Notes: generated by a model not told the origin, from the sequence alone. A DNA stretch of 63,680 nt, filler included, from Choristocarpus tenellus KU-1152 (GCA_964200185.2; 11 parts of 11 records of this genome joined end to end with filler, not necessarily neighbours in it), one strand, 5' to 3'; shown: positions 25,101-37,629, counted from the whole stretch's first letter. Numbers and translations are program-made.

Positions 25101-27268
25101 CCTGATAAGTGGGAATTTCAATACTCTCTGTTCTAGGCCCCATGCACCTAGTCTCCCACATGGCCATCTCAACGAGTGTATCCAAGGTGAACAACCCGCA
25201 AACATGCCATATACAACTGTCTCTCTGTTCTCTGTTATTGCAGGAAGCTAGGAAAGTCCAAGCAGACCCTCGCCTTAAGGAACCCCCGAAAGGGTCGACT
25301 TCAATGGACATGCGTGCTTCACTAACCCCTCCTCAAAGTCGAAGGCAGCTCTCTCCATTATCTTCTTCACCGCCTCCGCCAATGCAAACCCTCGCACCCT
25401 CACAACAGTCAAGTTCTCCTTTCACCTGTGAGGGTCAAAGTAGCTGCCATAGTACTCCTGGAGGTGTGCTCTCGATGTCAGGAGAAACTGTACCGCCAGA
25501 AGTAGCTGAGCAAGTGTTGGGGCAGGGGGAGAAGATGGCAAAGGAGTTGGAGGGACATAAGGCGGCGGGGACTGAAGTGGGGGGAGGTGTTGGTGGAGGG
25601 GTGGAGGAAGAGAGTGTTAGGGAGGATGATAAGGAAGGAGAAGAAGAGCCATGGGGAGAGATGGTGCGTCACATCATCATCCGAGACTTGTCAGGATTTG
25701 GCATGGAGCATGCAGGACCTATCGGGCGGTCAATGATTTCTCGTGTGATGGCCGTGAGCCAGGCTAACTACCCGGAACAGGTGGACACTTCAGCCCCCCA
25801 CCACTCTGCCACCCAAGTTTCTGTATCGAATTTATGCTGTGGATAGTTTGCTCTCCCCATTCCCATTCACCTCCTGGTCTCGAGTGTAGTGGCATGCGGG
25901 GTGATGGCATGAGATTGATCGTTGCTGTGACTGTGGTGAGATGGAAAAAGAAAATGATGTTGCTGCACTACAGTAGCCAAGTGCCGTACAGTGCAGCTCA
26001 TTTTTTCTGGAAATGTACATGGGTGCTCCTTGTCCATCCCTCCACTGACATTGAATTGCAATACTAATATAACCAAACGTTTTATCTTTCCGTTATTGTT
26101 GGTGTATATATACCCGTTTGTACGCACATACGTGCGTTCGTGTGTTTGTGTGAACTCCTGCCCTGTCAGATGGAGAAGTGCTACATCATCAACGCCCCCT
26201 GGGTGTTCTTCGCTCTGTGGAAAGGACTAGCCCCTGTCTTGTCCGCCAACACTGTCAGGAAGATACGGGTGTGCTTCCATAAGTTCCTATTTTCCAAATA
26301 TGGAAAAACAAAGCAGAAAAAGAAAAAGTGCTGAACTAGAAGACCCAAATACCTCGTTCTCTCTCACTTCTCCCTTTTCACAGCACCCTTGCCACAGCAC
26401 GCCTTGGCAGATGACATTGAACCCTTACATCATTGTGTGTGATGAAAAGGACCCTAGAGCTGATCCCAAGCCTCACACCCCACCCCTATCACTTAACTGC
26501 TCTAGGCTCCATGCGTCCCTCGATCTTGTTTCCATAACTTCTAGTTCTCCCCTGATCAACCCCAACCCACCGCTCAACCATAAACCTCCAATGGCAGGTC
26601 CTTAACTATGACTACCTTCCTGTGCTGCTGGAGTCTTTCTCATTGGACAATCTCCCTGTCCAAGTTGGAGGGCGCTGTGACCCAGACTCTGTCAACAAGG
26701 ATGATGTTGATTTATTTGTAAGTTGTGGGGTGCTAATAGATACTGCGGCAAGAGTTTCTGTGCCAGCCCAGGGCTTGTCTGGAGCCATTGGCAATGCTGA
26801 CAGCAGCTCTAGAGTGATTGGTTTGGTGAACCCTGAGGATGATGTTAGTCCTGAGGAAGGGGCAATGGGTTTAACTCAAGATAACTTGAGAGACGAGAGG
26901 GAAAACCAAATAAGGAAAAAGAGAAAGAAGGGCTTGGAAAATAGAATGATGGAGGCTTCGGAAGATGAGGAGGATATGGAGAGTGATGAGGAAGAAGATG
27001 AGGAGGAGGAAGACGAGGAGAGAGGGGCAGAAGGAGGAAGGGGCTTTTCGGTGCAAGGCAGGGGAGGGGCAAAGGGCAATAATAATGTTCTTGGGAGGGA
27101 CAGCAGCAGCAATGAAAGTGTTTCGGAGGATGCTTCTAGATATGGCAGAACTGGCAGTGGCAGTCACAGTCAGTCATCTATCAGGCACCTGATCAGGAGG
27201 TTCAAAGGGGGCAGCAACAAGGGGGGTGGAGGAAGGAAAGGTTCGGAAGCGATATCTGGGCAAGAGGC
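22196..27268 (+). CDS. CRAL-TRIO/Sec14-like lipid-binding protein, partial: exons 22196-22281, 22905-23027, 23431-23551, 24102-24173, 24610-24696, 25244-25780, 26170-26268, 26598->27268
   Basis: CRAL_TRIO_N motif (MLRFLRGHKYDVAKAASMMKAMLQWREENGVD) and CRAL-TRIO motifs (IIIRDLSGFG..QANYPEQMEKCYIINAPWVFFALWK..LSANTVRKIRVL..LPVQVGG). Intron phases 2,2,0,0,0,0,0 are all consistent. Confidence 0.92.
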
Positions 27269-27368
27269 NNNNNNNNNNNNNNNNNNNNNNNNNNNNNNNN
27301 NNNNNNNNNNNNTTAATTAATTAANNNNNNNNNNNNNNNNNNNNNNNNNNNNNNNNNNNNNNNNNNNN
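27269..27368. other. Artificial contig-joining spacer
   Basis: 44N-TTAATTAATTAA-44N. Confidence 0.97.
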
Positions 27369-28750
27369 CAGTCAATTTTGGGTCAAGCCCATCCTCAATG
27401 AAAAGCTCCATCCTCAAATTTTGAAATCGGCTGTTAGTAGGATTATTTGTCATATGAACCGAACACCCACTGTAAAAGAACCAAGGTTCATCCACTTCAA
27501 CAATACTTCCATCATTGCTCACCGATGAGAATCCTCCAAGCTGAACTGGTGTAACATTTGCTTTCTGTTCACCATCACCAGCTTCACCAGTGTTGCTTGC
27601 ATTGCCACTCCCCTTCCCTTTACCAATTCTTTTTCTTCCTTCGGGGAGCTTGTCCAGACGATCGTTGACCCGATTCTCCCAAACTACCAGCGCGTTTGGG
27701 ACAACTGTAAGCCTAGTGTCCTTTTGCTCCACAGACATAACAAGAACCAATATAAGATCCAGAACGGGTCGAAACAACGATGGGACAAGAAGATTGAAAG
27801 TGTGGTCTTCCACACTCCCAGCACTCCACACATCTTGGCTGCCGATCCTTCAAAAAACCAACATTTCCATTTCTCGATCGGGGACCTCCAACCATCAATG
27901 CACCGCCATTGAGCCAAAGTATCTTAGAGGGTAGAGCCTTGTCCATTTGGGGGTTAAAATCCAATGTCGCGATTTTGATATTATTTTGGGTATCGTGTTT
28001 GTCGGGAAGTGTCAATATCCTTGTTTCGGACACACCTTTTCATGACGTATACATTTAATCTACTCTGAAACATTTTGGAGTAGGAAAATGTAATAAAAAT
28101 ACGCCATGGGAAGTCAAGCACCAAATGGACAAACAGGGCAAAACTCGTACCCTCTAAGATGCTTTCAGTCATTGTTTTCCATTCGTCGTTCACGCTGTCG
28201 TTTACGAAGTTGATACGTTTCGCAAACACGTTTTTGGAGATCCATCCGTGCTGCCCGACCACATCCTGTGACCTGGCGAATCTCAATGAAGTATTCGTCG
28301 GTCAAACAATTATGCGTTGCACTTAATTGCTCCTCTTCTCTGGGTTCATCATCCAGGGATCGCATTTTCTTCACTAAGCTATCCAGTTCCAAGATGAATG
28401 TAGACGGATCCTCACCAGCAGGTAAATGTAGAGAATTGAACTTCGATCTCATGTTGGCCCTTTCGGTGGTACCACTTCTCCTAAAGTGGTTCCTTAAAGC
28501 TTGGTAAGCTTCCGAAGGACTGTCATGGTTGCTTGCCACTTTTTCCGCGAACCCATCCAAAGCCAGCACCAGAGCAGCCATCGCCATACTAGCCTTATCT
28601 ATTTCACGTTAAGACCATCTTGACGCGTCAAAGTAATCACTGCTGACTCTGATGTGATCATCAGATAGCAGCATATCCTTCCAGCCCCCCATGGCTGCAC
28701 ACGAAATAAATTTCACTCAAACATGGCAATGTCGAATAACCTAGTGCTAT
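27369..28750 (-). mobile_element. Ty1/Copia relic A: gag (UBN2-like, two Zn knuckles) and start of protease
   Basis: SPSEAYQALRNHF..DPSTFILELDSLVKKM, CWECGRPHFQSSC, CYVCGAKGH* and WFFYSGCSVHMTNNP (degenerate DSG). Contains stops and a MITE insertion. Confidence 0.85.
27911..28170 (+). mobile_element. MITE family A in Copia gag, TSD ATT
   Basis: TIRs GAGCCAAAGTATCTTAGAGGGTA / TACCCTCTAAGATGCTTTCAGTC. Removing it rejoins gag as RMENNGGALMVGG. Confidence 0.92.
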
Positions 28751-28758
28751 CCTTACGT

Positions 28759-28986
28759 TGTTTGTGCTGACACAAGTACATAACATAGGTTATACGTAAG
28801 TTTATAATTGGTTAGGTATGATACAAAGTATGTACGTATATAAAAAATATAATAAGTCAACATTAATCCACACGTCAGTGATGATGGATGGTTGACGGGC
28901 AATTAATAATTCAGTGTGTGCTTTACCATGTAATTTATCTGCTAGCTTCCGGCGACGAGCCCTTACTTGCGCCAAGCTTTTCAACA
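28759..28986 (+). repeat. Probable 5' LTR of Copia B
   Basis: TGTT...AACA termini, AT-rich with TATATAAA, ~80 bp upstream of the gag ATG (29065). No second copy or clear PBS to confirm it. Confidence 0.5.
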
Positions 28987-31410
28987 CGCTTAAGTGCCTA
29001 ATACAAACTCTAGCTAGGGGAGGCGCAGCCGGATGGTTTGTTTTGAATTGGCATAGCACCACTCATGGCCTCGGATAAGACCCACACCAAACTCCTTCAG
29101 CTTTCGGATGACAATTATGCAGACTGGTTCGCTGCAACGCGTGCATTTTTGGGGGCGAAGGGGGATACTGATCAGGCACTGCAGTATAGGAGGGAACCCA
29201 TCAGAGTAGGTCACATCGAATTCATTAAGGGCAAAGATGTCAGTGAAGACGAAGTCACCAAGGCTAAGTAAGAAGGCTTATATGACGTCCTGCTGAGGAG
29301 CACCAGTGGTGTTTACCGGTGAATAGTCCGGAATGCTTCCTCACCTTCAGGAGCCTGGAAACAACTACGTGAACACTTCCTTATTCAGTCAGATGAGGAA
29401 ATAGCCAGACTTCAAAGGAAAGTAACGACGGTCAAGATGCCTCGGAGGTCAGACCCCCAAATTACCTTCACAATGATGCTGGACTGGGTTGGCCAAATGG
29501 CGATGATGGGGCATGTGATGTCCGAGCAGGTCCTAGAGATCGCCATGTTAGACTGTTTAGATGACGACTACCAGATCACCAAACATTATCTCCAGCACCA
29601 TAACAAGACTGAGCGTTCGAGAACTACTATACAACAAGCTGCTCGTTCGCGTTATTTCTCACTTCAATGAGAAATAATAGAAGATCACGGAGAGCCCGGG
29701 AGCGCTCTAGCCGTGAGGACCGTGAAAAAGGCTGGCCGAGGTGGCAGCCCCGGGTACGACTGTTCACCGTATTGACCCTGGGACGACAGGATCTCGTTTC
29801 AGGGGGCTTACCAAGGCCCGAGAGATTGTGATATGTGTGGATTGGTGAAGCACTTCGGTTCCTGTAAATTCGAAGGTCCGTGTTACAGCTGCGGGAAGAA
29901 TGGCCACCTGTTCGAGGTGTATGCCCCTAGAGGAGGGCAAACCCGTTAAAGGCGGCGGGAGAATACTAGCTCAACCAGATGAACCAGCTAGGGAATCTAG
30001 GACCACCAAAGTCGGTGTGAAGTTCATATCGCCAGAGGGCGAATCCGCTTAAGTCAGTGGAAGTACGAGGCTGGATCAGAGGAACCGGCTAGGACAGGAA
30101 GGAAATTTTAAGGACCATGTTAGTAGCTGTGACTGAAAATATCAAGGTGAGAACGAATGCTTTCGAAAAATGATGTTTGATTCGGGGACTTCCAATAATG
30201 TGACGAAAGACCCAAAGTACATTTATGACTTCACCACATGTCCATAAGGCTGCAAAATGACTGTAGCTGACGGCACATCACTACCCATTGTGGGGTATGG
30301 TAAGAATGGTTTGAATTTCAGTGTTGACCGTGATGAGTGGGTGCATGTTACTTTAGCATCATCTGTTGCATTTGTCCTAAATATAGCATCCAATCTTGTA
30401 TCCTAACGTTCTACTTGAAGGATGAGGACGAGATAGTAGTGGTATTTTATTTGTTATCTGCTCACTTCCTTTCACATCTCCCGAGGACTAGAGAACACAT
30501 CGTATCTACTCTCAGTCCAAGAGCTGGGGGGTGTTGAGAATAGTATCTCCTGGACTGATCGAGAGGACAAGGGGAATATGAGGACACGTTTATTGTTATA
30601 GAGGAAGGCGCGGCAGCTGATGCTGCTCATGCTACAAGACCGAGCCTTGCATATATTTATTGCGCCGGGGTCTCTGAGTGCAGGGTGACGTGCCCTTGAT
30701 GCGGCGTTCATGCCTAAGACACGCCAGGAGGCTAGGCGTATATGCTAGGAACTAGACCGCCCAACCATTGATGACAGGAAGTGGAGACCGGATGCTGAGG
30801 TCACCATTATGCAAGCTTCTTTGATTTTTCTGCTGTTTTATTTTGTAAGAGTTCCATTGTTTGATATTTTTTGTTTCCATAGAGACTACCCTTGTGATGT
30901 GTGCGAGTAATTATTCTATTAGGGTGTTAGCGAATAAGCTCCCCATCCAGAACCCAAGACTGTAAGAGCAGCACGTAGCTCTCCCAAACGTGATTTATGG
31001 GATCGAGCTAGAGCAGAAGAGATGTCTGGTTTATTGTTGAATAATGTTTGGGTGGAGGCAGTATTACCCCCTGGACGCAGGGCAATAGACACTAAATGGA
31101 TTCACAAACTTAAGACTAACAAATTTGGTGAGGCAGTTAGATACAAGGCACAATTGGTAGCAAAAGGTTTTTGACAAATTGAGGGTTTAGATTACCAAGA
31201 TACCTTTGCACCAACACCGTCCCCTGCATCTTTGAAAAATATACTAGCTTTAGCTGCAGATAGAGATTGGGAATTGAAGCATTGGGATGTAAAACAAGCG
31301 TTCATACAAGCTGATATTAACGAAGAGATTTTTGTACGCTTATGTGATGGTCGTAGTAAATGGTCTGGAAAGATTGTGCGTTTTATCAAGGCACTTTATG
31401 ACACCAAACA

Positions 31411-31668
31411 GAGTCAAAGTATCTGAGAGGTTAAACCTGCGTCCATTCGGGGATCAAAATTCATTGTTGTGATTTTGATGTAATGTTGGCTATCGTGTTT
31501 GTTAAGAAGTGTCGATATCCTTATTCTAGACACACCTTTTAATATCATACACATTTTACCTACTCCGAAACATTTCGGGGCAGGAAAATGTTATTAAGAA
31601 ACTGTGGGAAGTCAAGCCGCAAATGGACAAATATGGGAAAACTCGTACCCTCTGAGATACTTTCACCC
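31411..31668 (+). mobile_element. MITE family A in Copia RT, 4-bp TSD AACA
   Basis: GAGTCAAAGTATCTGAGAGG...CCTCTGAGATACTTTCACCC. Removing the element plus one AACA restores LYDTKQASRKFN in frame. Confidence 0.93.
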
Positions 31669-32668
31669 AACAGGCAAGCAGAAAGTTTAATAATCTGTTG
31701 GTGCCAGTTTTGGAACAGTGCGGTTTTGAGCAATGCAGAGCAGACCCTTGTATGTTACGCTATTTAAGAGATGGCGTTGTTTGTGCTGTGATAGCTCCCC
31801 ACGTAGATGGTCTTTTGGTAGCTGGTAAAATAGATGTTTTGATTTTGGGTTCGCTCTAGGATTAAAGAGCAGTTTTCCATAGAAGACTTTGGTGATATTG
31901 AGTATTATATGGGTTGTGAGATTTCACGTGACAGAAATGCACAGACTGTCACCATCAGTCAGACTGGGTACATTAAGAGTGTTTGTCAAATATTTGGTAT
32001 GGATGGGCAAAGAAGAGGTCGGTACCCCATGATCTCTCAAGGACTCTAGACAAGAGTGAGAATCATCCAAGTGTTGATGAAAATACACTGTACAGAGAGG
32101 CAGGTGGTAGTTTGATGTGGGCATCTGTCATGACTAGGCTTGACATTGCAAATGCAGCTTGTAAAGTGCCAAGTACAGTAGCAATCCCAAAGTCACACAT
32201 AGGCGTGCAGCGAAATGTATTTTAGCATATTTGAATACGTATCCCAGTGTTGGATTGAGTTTTGATGGTTTTGGTAGTGAGTGTGAGTTGAGTGCACATG
32301 CTGATGCTAGTTATGCTGGAGACTGGAATGATCGTAGATCAGTGATTGGAGGAGCAATTATGTTTGCAGGAGGAGCAATATCTTGGATGTCAAAGGTGCA
32401 AAGAGTTGCAGCTCTATTTTCCACAGAGAGTGACTACGTAGCACTTAGTAGTGTGGCACAGGAATTTCTTTTCTTAAGAAGTGTTTTTGAGTTTATTCAG
32501 CCACAGTTTCCTAGGCGTTGCATTGACTTGTTTGAGGATAACGATGGTGCACGCAAACTAGTACGAAATGCCACAAGCTCTACTAGAACAAAGCACATTG
32601 ATGTTCGACATCATTTTTTGAGGGATTTGTCTAGAAAAGGAGAGATTCGTGTTGTTTTTGTTGGTACT

Positions 32669-34378
32669 GGGCCAAAGTATCTGGGGGGGGGGGGGTTTGC
32701 ACTGGGGCGTCCATTCGGGCCCTCCTATCTGTGCTGTAAATGGTATGAATATGTTGTGAAAAACACATAAGTGGAGTGACAGGTTGGTCTTTTTTGGGTG
32801 GAATATTGCATAATTTGCATCTAGTGTATATATTTGGAGCTTCGGAGGTTCAATATCTAGCCTTTTTGGAGGTCGATTTATCTGGTGGGGTGTTTGGGTG
32901 GTTAGTATATTGTGGAGTGTGGATTGGGTTGGATCGTCTCGCGTGCCTTCATCGCCTTGCTGGAGTGGGATTAGTGCTAATTGAGTGGGTGTTTAGGGAT
33001 TGTCATTTCCAGCATAAAGGTTATAGATTGACAATTGATGGAGAGGGCCTCGTGAGTTGCTCAGGGGTAAAAAGGGAATAAGGAATTTGTGTGAGTTCCA
33101 TGTAAGTTGAGGGTGTGGGGGGGATGAGTTTTTTCGACGGGAGTAATTGCATGACGTTTGTGTATTTGGAGGTGTGTCAATTATGTCCTTTGTGGAGGGA
33201 GGGCATGTGATATCAAAGTGTAACAAGCATTTTATGTGGGAGAGGGGAATGTGCGATGTTGATTGTTGTCTAAGTCTGTAAAGGGTGGAAAGAGGAACTC
33301 CGCATATAAAAGACCACACTTTGGAAGGGTGGTGTGCAACGAATTCTTTTCTGCAGTGATGTGTATTATTATTAGCGATGTGAGAATAAAGCTTTTTGTA
33401 GTAAACACACAGAGAACTAAACTCATTTTGTAGATGAAAAAACTCTGTATGTATACATTTTCTGACCAGAACACACACCATGTGATATATACCAGTAGTC
33501 GTAAAGAATTCGAATTGACCAAGAAACAGGTTTGGAACCGTCTATAAGTAAGAACCAACACAAAATCAAAAGGTGGGGCTGCACACGTACGCCTAAACAA
33601 GGAAGGAGATATAGACATTGCACCCTTGTGTGTAATGTAATTGGAAGAAATGACCCCTGTCTCAAGAACACACGTCCGACTTCAACTATGATGCAGGATA
33701 GCATGTCCAACGGGAGGCATGATGTCTCCCATTAGATGAAGGGGAGGGAGTGAAAGACGACCACGAATTTGGAAAGATGGTAGCGCGTCGGACTCGCTGC
33801 AATCCTCCGTCCCATATCGCGGTCATGTGGGACTGGTCCAGAACCAGGATCTCGGCTCCGCGTTGGCCTCTGTGCTGTATAGTTCTTGAAGAAGATTGAT
33901 ATTTCGCACCTCGCCATTCTCCCATTTGACCTCATAGGGGTAGCTGACTCGCTCCTCTCCCACTGGCTCGGTATAGCGGGGCTGGTATTTGGTGACGGTC
34001 CCTCGCATCCACTGCTCATCCATCCGAAAGTACATTCCCCTGCCCTTAGATCTAGAATGAAGTGTCCCTTCCCCGTCCAAAACTGGCACAACCCTCAATG
34101 ATGGTTCGAGGAGGATGCATGTCCCGGTATCCTTCTCCTCCTCCCTACGGTTTGCCTGTAGAGTCATCCGCGCCTTGCATTTGTTGGCACGCTGGGCTGC
34201 AATCTTATCGCGGTCCCTTTTCTCCTTCTCCTTCAGTTGTTCGACCCCCTCCTCGATCTCGTCCTCTGTCATGAATGACCTCAGCTCGGGTGGCAAGGAG
34301 GTGTCATCATATTGACCCATGTATTGCACAGAGTAGATACATGCCCCGGAATCGTCTATGTCAATGTCGCGGACCTGC
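32669..34378. mobile_element. Long insertion (>1.7 kb) beginning with a family-D TIR, inside Copia RNase H
   Basis: The first ~55 bp match the 20275 MITE end (..CAAAGTATCT-polyG..GTCCATTYGGGCCCT). No right TIR and no resumption of RNase H before the contig ends. Confidence 0.55.
33823..34377 (-). CDS. C-terminal part of an unknown protein with two Tudor/SH3-barrel-like motifs around a charged helix
   Basis: Uninterrupted ORF open to the contig end: VRDIDIDDSGACIYSVQY ... EKEKRDRDK ... WMRGTVTKY..YPYEVKWENGE. The fold assignment is inference. Confidence 0.55.
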   Translation of the reverse strand, partial: QVRDIDIDDSGACIYSVQYMGQYDDTSLPPELRSFMTEDEIEEGVEQLKEKEKRDRDKIAAQRANKCKARMTLQANRREEEKDTGTCILLEPSLRVVPVLDGEGTLHSRSKGRGMYFRMDEQWMRGTVTKYQPRYTEPVGEERVSYPYEVKWENGEVRNINLLQELYSTEANAEPRSWFWTSPT

Positions 34379-34478
34379 NNNNNNNNNNNNNNNNNNNNNN
34401 NNNNNNNNNNNNNNNNNNNNNNTTAATTAATTAANNNNNNNNNNNNNNNNNNNNNNNNNNNNNNNNNNNNNNNNNNNN
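34379..34478. other. Artificial contig-joining spacer
   Basis: 44N-TTAATTAATTAA-44N. Confidence 0.97.
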
Positions 34479-34534
34479 GGGTCCAGCCGTGGGCTCTCCC
34501 CTTCCCCCCCCCCCCCCCCCAGATACTTTGACCC
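34479..34534 (-). mobile_element. Family-D TIR end at contig start
   Basis: poly-C + AGATACTTTGACCC. Confidence 0.7.
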
Positions 34535-34702
34535 CATCAAGAGTCATCAATTCTTACAAATTATGAAGCATCGAACTGCAACAAATCCTATTCAAACCGA
34601 CAATTATACCCTGCAAGATGTGCACTACCTTACTTCAATTTGACGAGGCACTCAATTTTTTCCACAGGCTAGAGGTTTAGCTCTAGACGATGTACATGTA
34701 CT

Positions 34703-34909
34703 GAGCAAAACCAATTGAGAGGCAGCCAGAGTTACATTTTAGTGATCGCGAGAAAAGGAAAAATGGCGCTATTTTGCCCAATTAATTGCAGAAAGAGCAT
34801 TTGCTTAGTTGTCCTTTTGTGTTTGGAATGAGGGAATATCAATTTGCGTACAACATTGTGGACTGAAAAAAAAGGTCCAAACCTGCGTACCTCTCAATTG
34901 GTTAGGCTC
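34703..34909 (+). mobile_element. MITE family B, internally deleted, TSD ACT
   Basis: GAGCAAAACCAATTGAGAGG / CCTCTCAATTGGTTAGGCTC with ACT on both sides. Confidence 0.88.
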
Positions 34910-35704
34910 ACTTACCTTTGCAACACATAGAGCCACCAGCCACCACCCGACTAAGGGCAAATCACAACAGTGAACAAAATATCAAACGGACACCCCTCTC
35001 TTCCAACATCGACGCCTCACAATACATGTTCGTTCAACTTGCCGTCACGTGAGCATGACTACGTAGGGCTCACTACATGACACCTAGCACCCTGAAGAGA
35101 TCCCGAACCTTTGTGAAAATATATATTACTCTCTACTATACGAAGAGACCAAAACGATCCCCTGCAATTTGTGCTCAACTATGCGCAATACATATCATAC
35201 TGCTCTACGCAAGTAAAGAAATGCGAAAACCCATCCCACTCCCCAACTCACAAAAATACACCAATAGTAAAACAACAACAAAGCCTTCATAAACCTTTCC
35301 CAAAGGGAACAACACAATAAAACGAACACAGCTGCAAGCATCACGCTGCATAGCAATACACTCAGAAGAGGGAAAAAGCATGGCACAAAAGCCAGATAAA
35401 TCTCACCCTTGAGACCTAGATGAACCAAAATTATTCACAGGCTAATAAAGTAGTGTGTGTAACAAGACACTGCAACGCTTTTGATCTATCCACATCACTG
35501 AAGTAAATCGGTGGAGTAGCCGAGATGTTTGTAACCAGCAATATCGATCAGTCCTCATAAATGCATGAACGTCATGTCATAACTTGCCAAGCCCCTTCCA
35601 TCCCCTACCAAACCCAGAACGACTTTGTTTCGCATTCCCACACTACAGGAAGCATCCCTCGTACTCCTACTCCCTTCTATACCCTTCCCCCCCCCTAGAC
35701 CCAG

Positions 35705-36235
35705 TCACTTTACAGTCTGAGGCCGCGCTCGACCCTTTGGCCGATTCACAACCTTCTTGCAGATGGCCTCATGGACAGGACCAGTGGCGACCGAGAAGCT
35801 CCGACCGCAGTGTCGGCATTGAACAGATGGGATGCGGGAGCCAATGTGTGCACTGCTTCTTCCCTGAGAACCCTCGCTTTTGCCACTGCAGGCACTCCCC
35901 ACACTGTTTCTAGAGGAGACTGAGGAGGAACGCCTGCCACGGGAGCTCAAGGAGGAAGAGGTGGTAGGCGGAAGGCCCTTTCTAGAAGTTGTAGAAGGTC
36001 GGCCCCTCGCCGAAGATCTTGACTCTTTGTGTACAGCATTTTTTTTTTGCCTCGTCGTGGCGTGTGGGTTGGTGGAGGCAGAGCGCACAGTGGAAGAGGA
36101 GGAGGATGGACGGATAGGACTGGAGTTGGTAGAGGAGCAAGATGTTTGCTTCAGTGCCAATGGTAAAGATGTCCCCTGCTTTTCAAGGTTGGTGGCAGTG
36201 TTCACCTTGACAGGGGTGTTTCTCTGCCCAGAAAC
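35705..36235 (-). CDS. Terminal exon of a C2HC zinc-finger protein (zf-C2HC_2 type, ZC2HC1-like)
   Basis: cag|GTT acceptor, S/R/T-rich linker, then CRHCGRSFSVATGPVHEAIC (C-x2-C-x11-H-x3-C) and a stop. Confidence 0.75.
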   Translation of the reverse strand, partial: VSGQRNTPVKVNTATNLEKQGTSLPLALKQTSCSSTNSSPIRPSSSSSTVRSASTNPHATTRQKKNAVHKESRSSARGRPSTTSRKGLPPTTSSSLSSRGRRSSSVSSRNSVGSACSGKSEGSQGRSSAHIGSRIPSVQCRHCGRSFSVATGPVHEAICKKVVNRPKGRARPQTVK

Positions 36236-37383
36236 CTGTCCGATAGATACGAAAACAACCAACAACGGGTCCACATGTACGGATCAAGTCAAGGGGGTGA
36301 GTACAGAGCTGAGGGACCATACACACACATGTGGAGTTGGAGGGGGGTAAGCTGGGTCTCTGAACTGTAATGTGTTTCACTTAATCAGGTGGTGGGAAGG
36401 GCAGGTGGTGTTGGGCAGGGTGGGATTCAAAATTTCAGTTTCAAAGAGGCTATTGCAGTGATTGCAAAAGGCAAGGGTGGTAACAGCAGAAAAAATCTGT
36501 AATGGCACATGAAACTGAAAGAATGCGATCATTTCTGCACACAGGTGCTTACAAGATGCGGTCTTGGGAATCAACAAGCAATAACAGTAAACTCACTCAC
36601 CCTGAACAACTGAACCCCGCAGCCCTATAGTACTACTCGAATCTAGCAGACACAATGTCCACGGTTAGTGTAACTGATGCCTGAACATAATCCCAGTTTC
36701 CTTGGTTGTAATAATCAGGGATTTTCATCAGGATGGTCAAACGCGAAAGGACCACCAGCCCATGGACTGTATACAAGTATAAAAATAATGTGACACGGGC
36801 TGACTCAGTGGAATAAGTAGTGATACCTCTCAAGTCTTCAGGCCGAGCAGGTTAAGATATTTTCTGACATGCCTGGAGCAGGGCCATGAAGAGATCATAA
36901 TCGGAGTGGGCGAATTGAACTGTCCACACAAAAGGCGAGGCCCGCGAAAAAAGAAAAGAAAATAAGTCAGGTAGCCGAGTGGCGCATGTTGCTTCAAGGC
37001 AAGAACCCTTAAGTGCTCAACGGGTCTTAGCAGGCAGATCCAAAAGCCATGAACAGAAAGTCAAATGTGGAGGGAGTTGTGGGTAGTGACACATGAGGTT
37101 TTGTGACCTCTGACATGTCCAGGGGTCACACACCTGCTTGTATTGTGATTCTTAAAAAAAAAGAAGTGTAGTCGAACTTCTTCGTATCGGTTATTAATTC
37201 TTGTTTGTTTTTTTTCGATTAATCAAACCTGTACCGATTGAACTATCACGACTCACAACACTAGATGTCTTACCGTGAGTGGGAGGGGTAACTAAAGGAC
37301 TATAAAACAAATATATTTATTTGTTCATTGTTTTTGGGAGAATTTGGGACATAATTTGTAACCCGCATGACCTGGCGGCCCAT

Positions 37384-37629
37384 GAGTGAAAAGTATCATA
37401 CAGGGTACGAGTTTTTCCCTGTTTATCCATTTGGGGCTTGGCTTCCCATGAGATTTTTTACGACATCTTCCTACTCCAAAATGATTAGGAGTAGGTGAAA
37501 TGTGTATGTTATGAAAATATGTGTCCGTAACAAGGATATTGACACTTCCTAACAAACATGACAGCCAAAATTACATCAAAATCGCAACATTGGGTTTTGG
37601 CCTCCAAATGGACTCCGCGACTTTGGCTC
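37384..37629 (-). mobile_element. MITE family A, 4-bp TSD CCAT
   Basis: GAGTGAAAAGTATC...CTTTGGCTC with a small deletion in one TIR. CCAT at 37380-37383 and 37630-37633. Confidence 0.88.

Larger units (their letters stand above)
28759..32668 (+). mobile_element. Ty1/Copia relic B: gag, protease, RT, RNase H; integrase largely deleted
   Basis: LSDDNYADW (gag N-terminus), CYSCGKNGH, FDSGTS, YKAQLVAKGF*QIEGLDYQDTFAP, HWDVKQAFIQA, ALYDTKQ|ASR, ADASYAGD and DNDGA..RTKHIDVRHHFLRD. Many stops and frameshifts. Confidence 0.93.

Noticed and set aside
27911-28170. MITEs acting as introner-like spliceable elements
   Set aside because: Termini are G..C, not GT..AG. The copies lie in introns, intergenic DNA or dead retroelements, and none sits cleanly between confirmed exons.
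35880-36350. 156-aa E-rich ORF on +
   Set aside because: Antisense to the Ser-rich C2HC zinc-finger exon.
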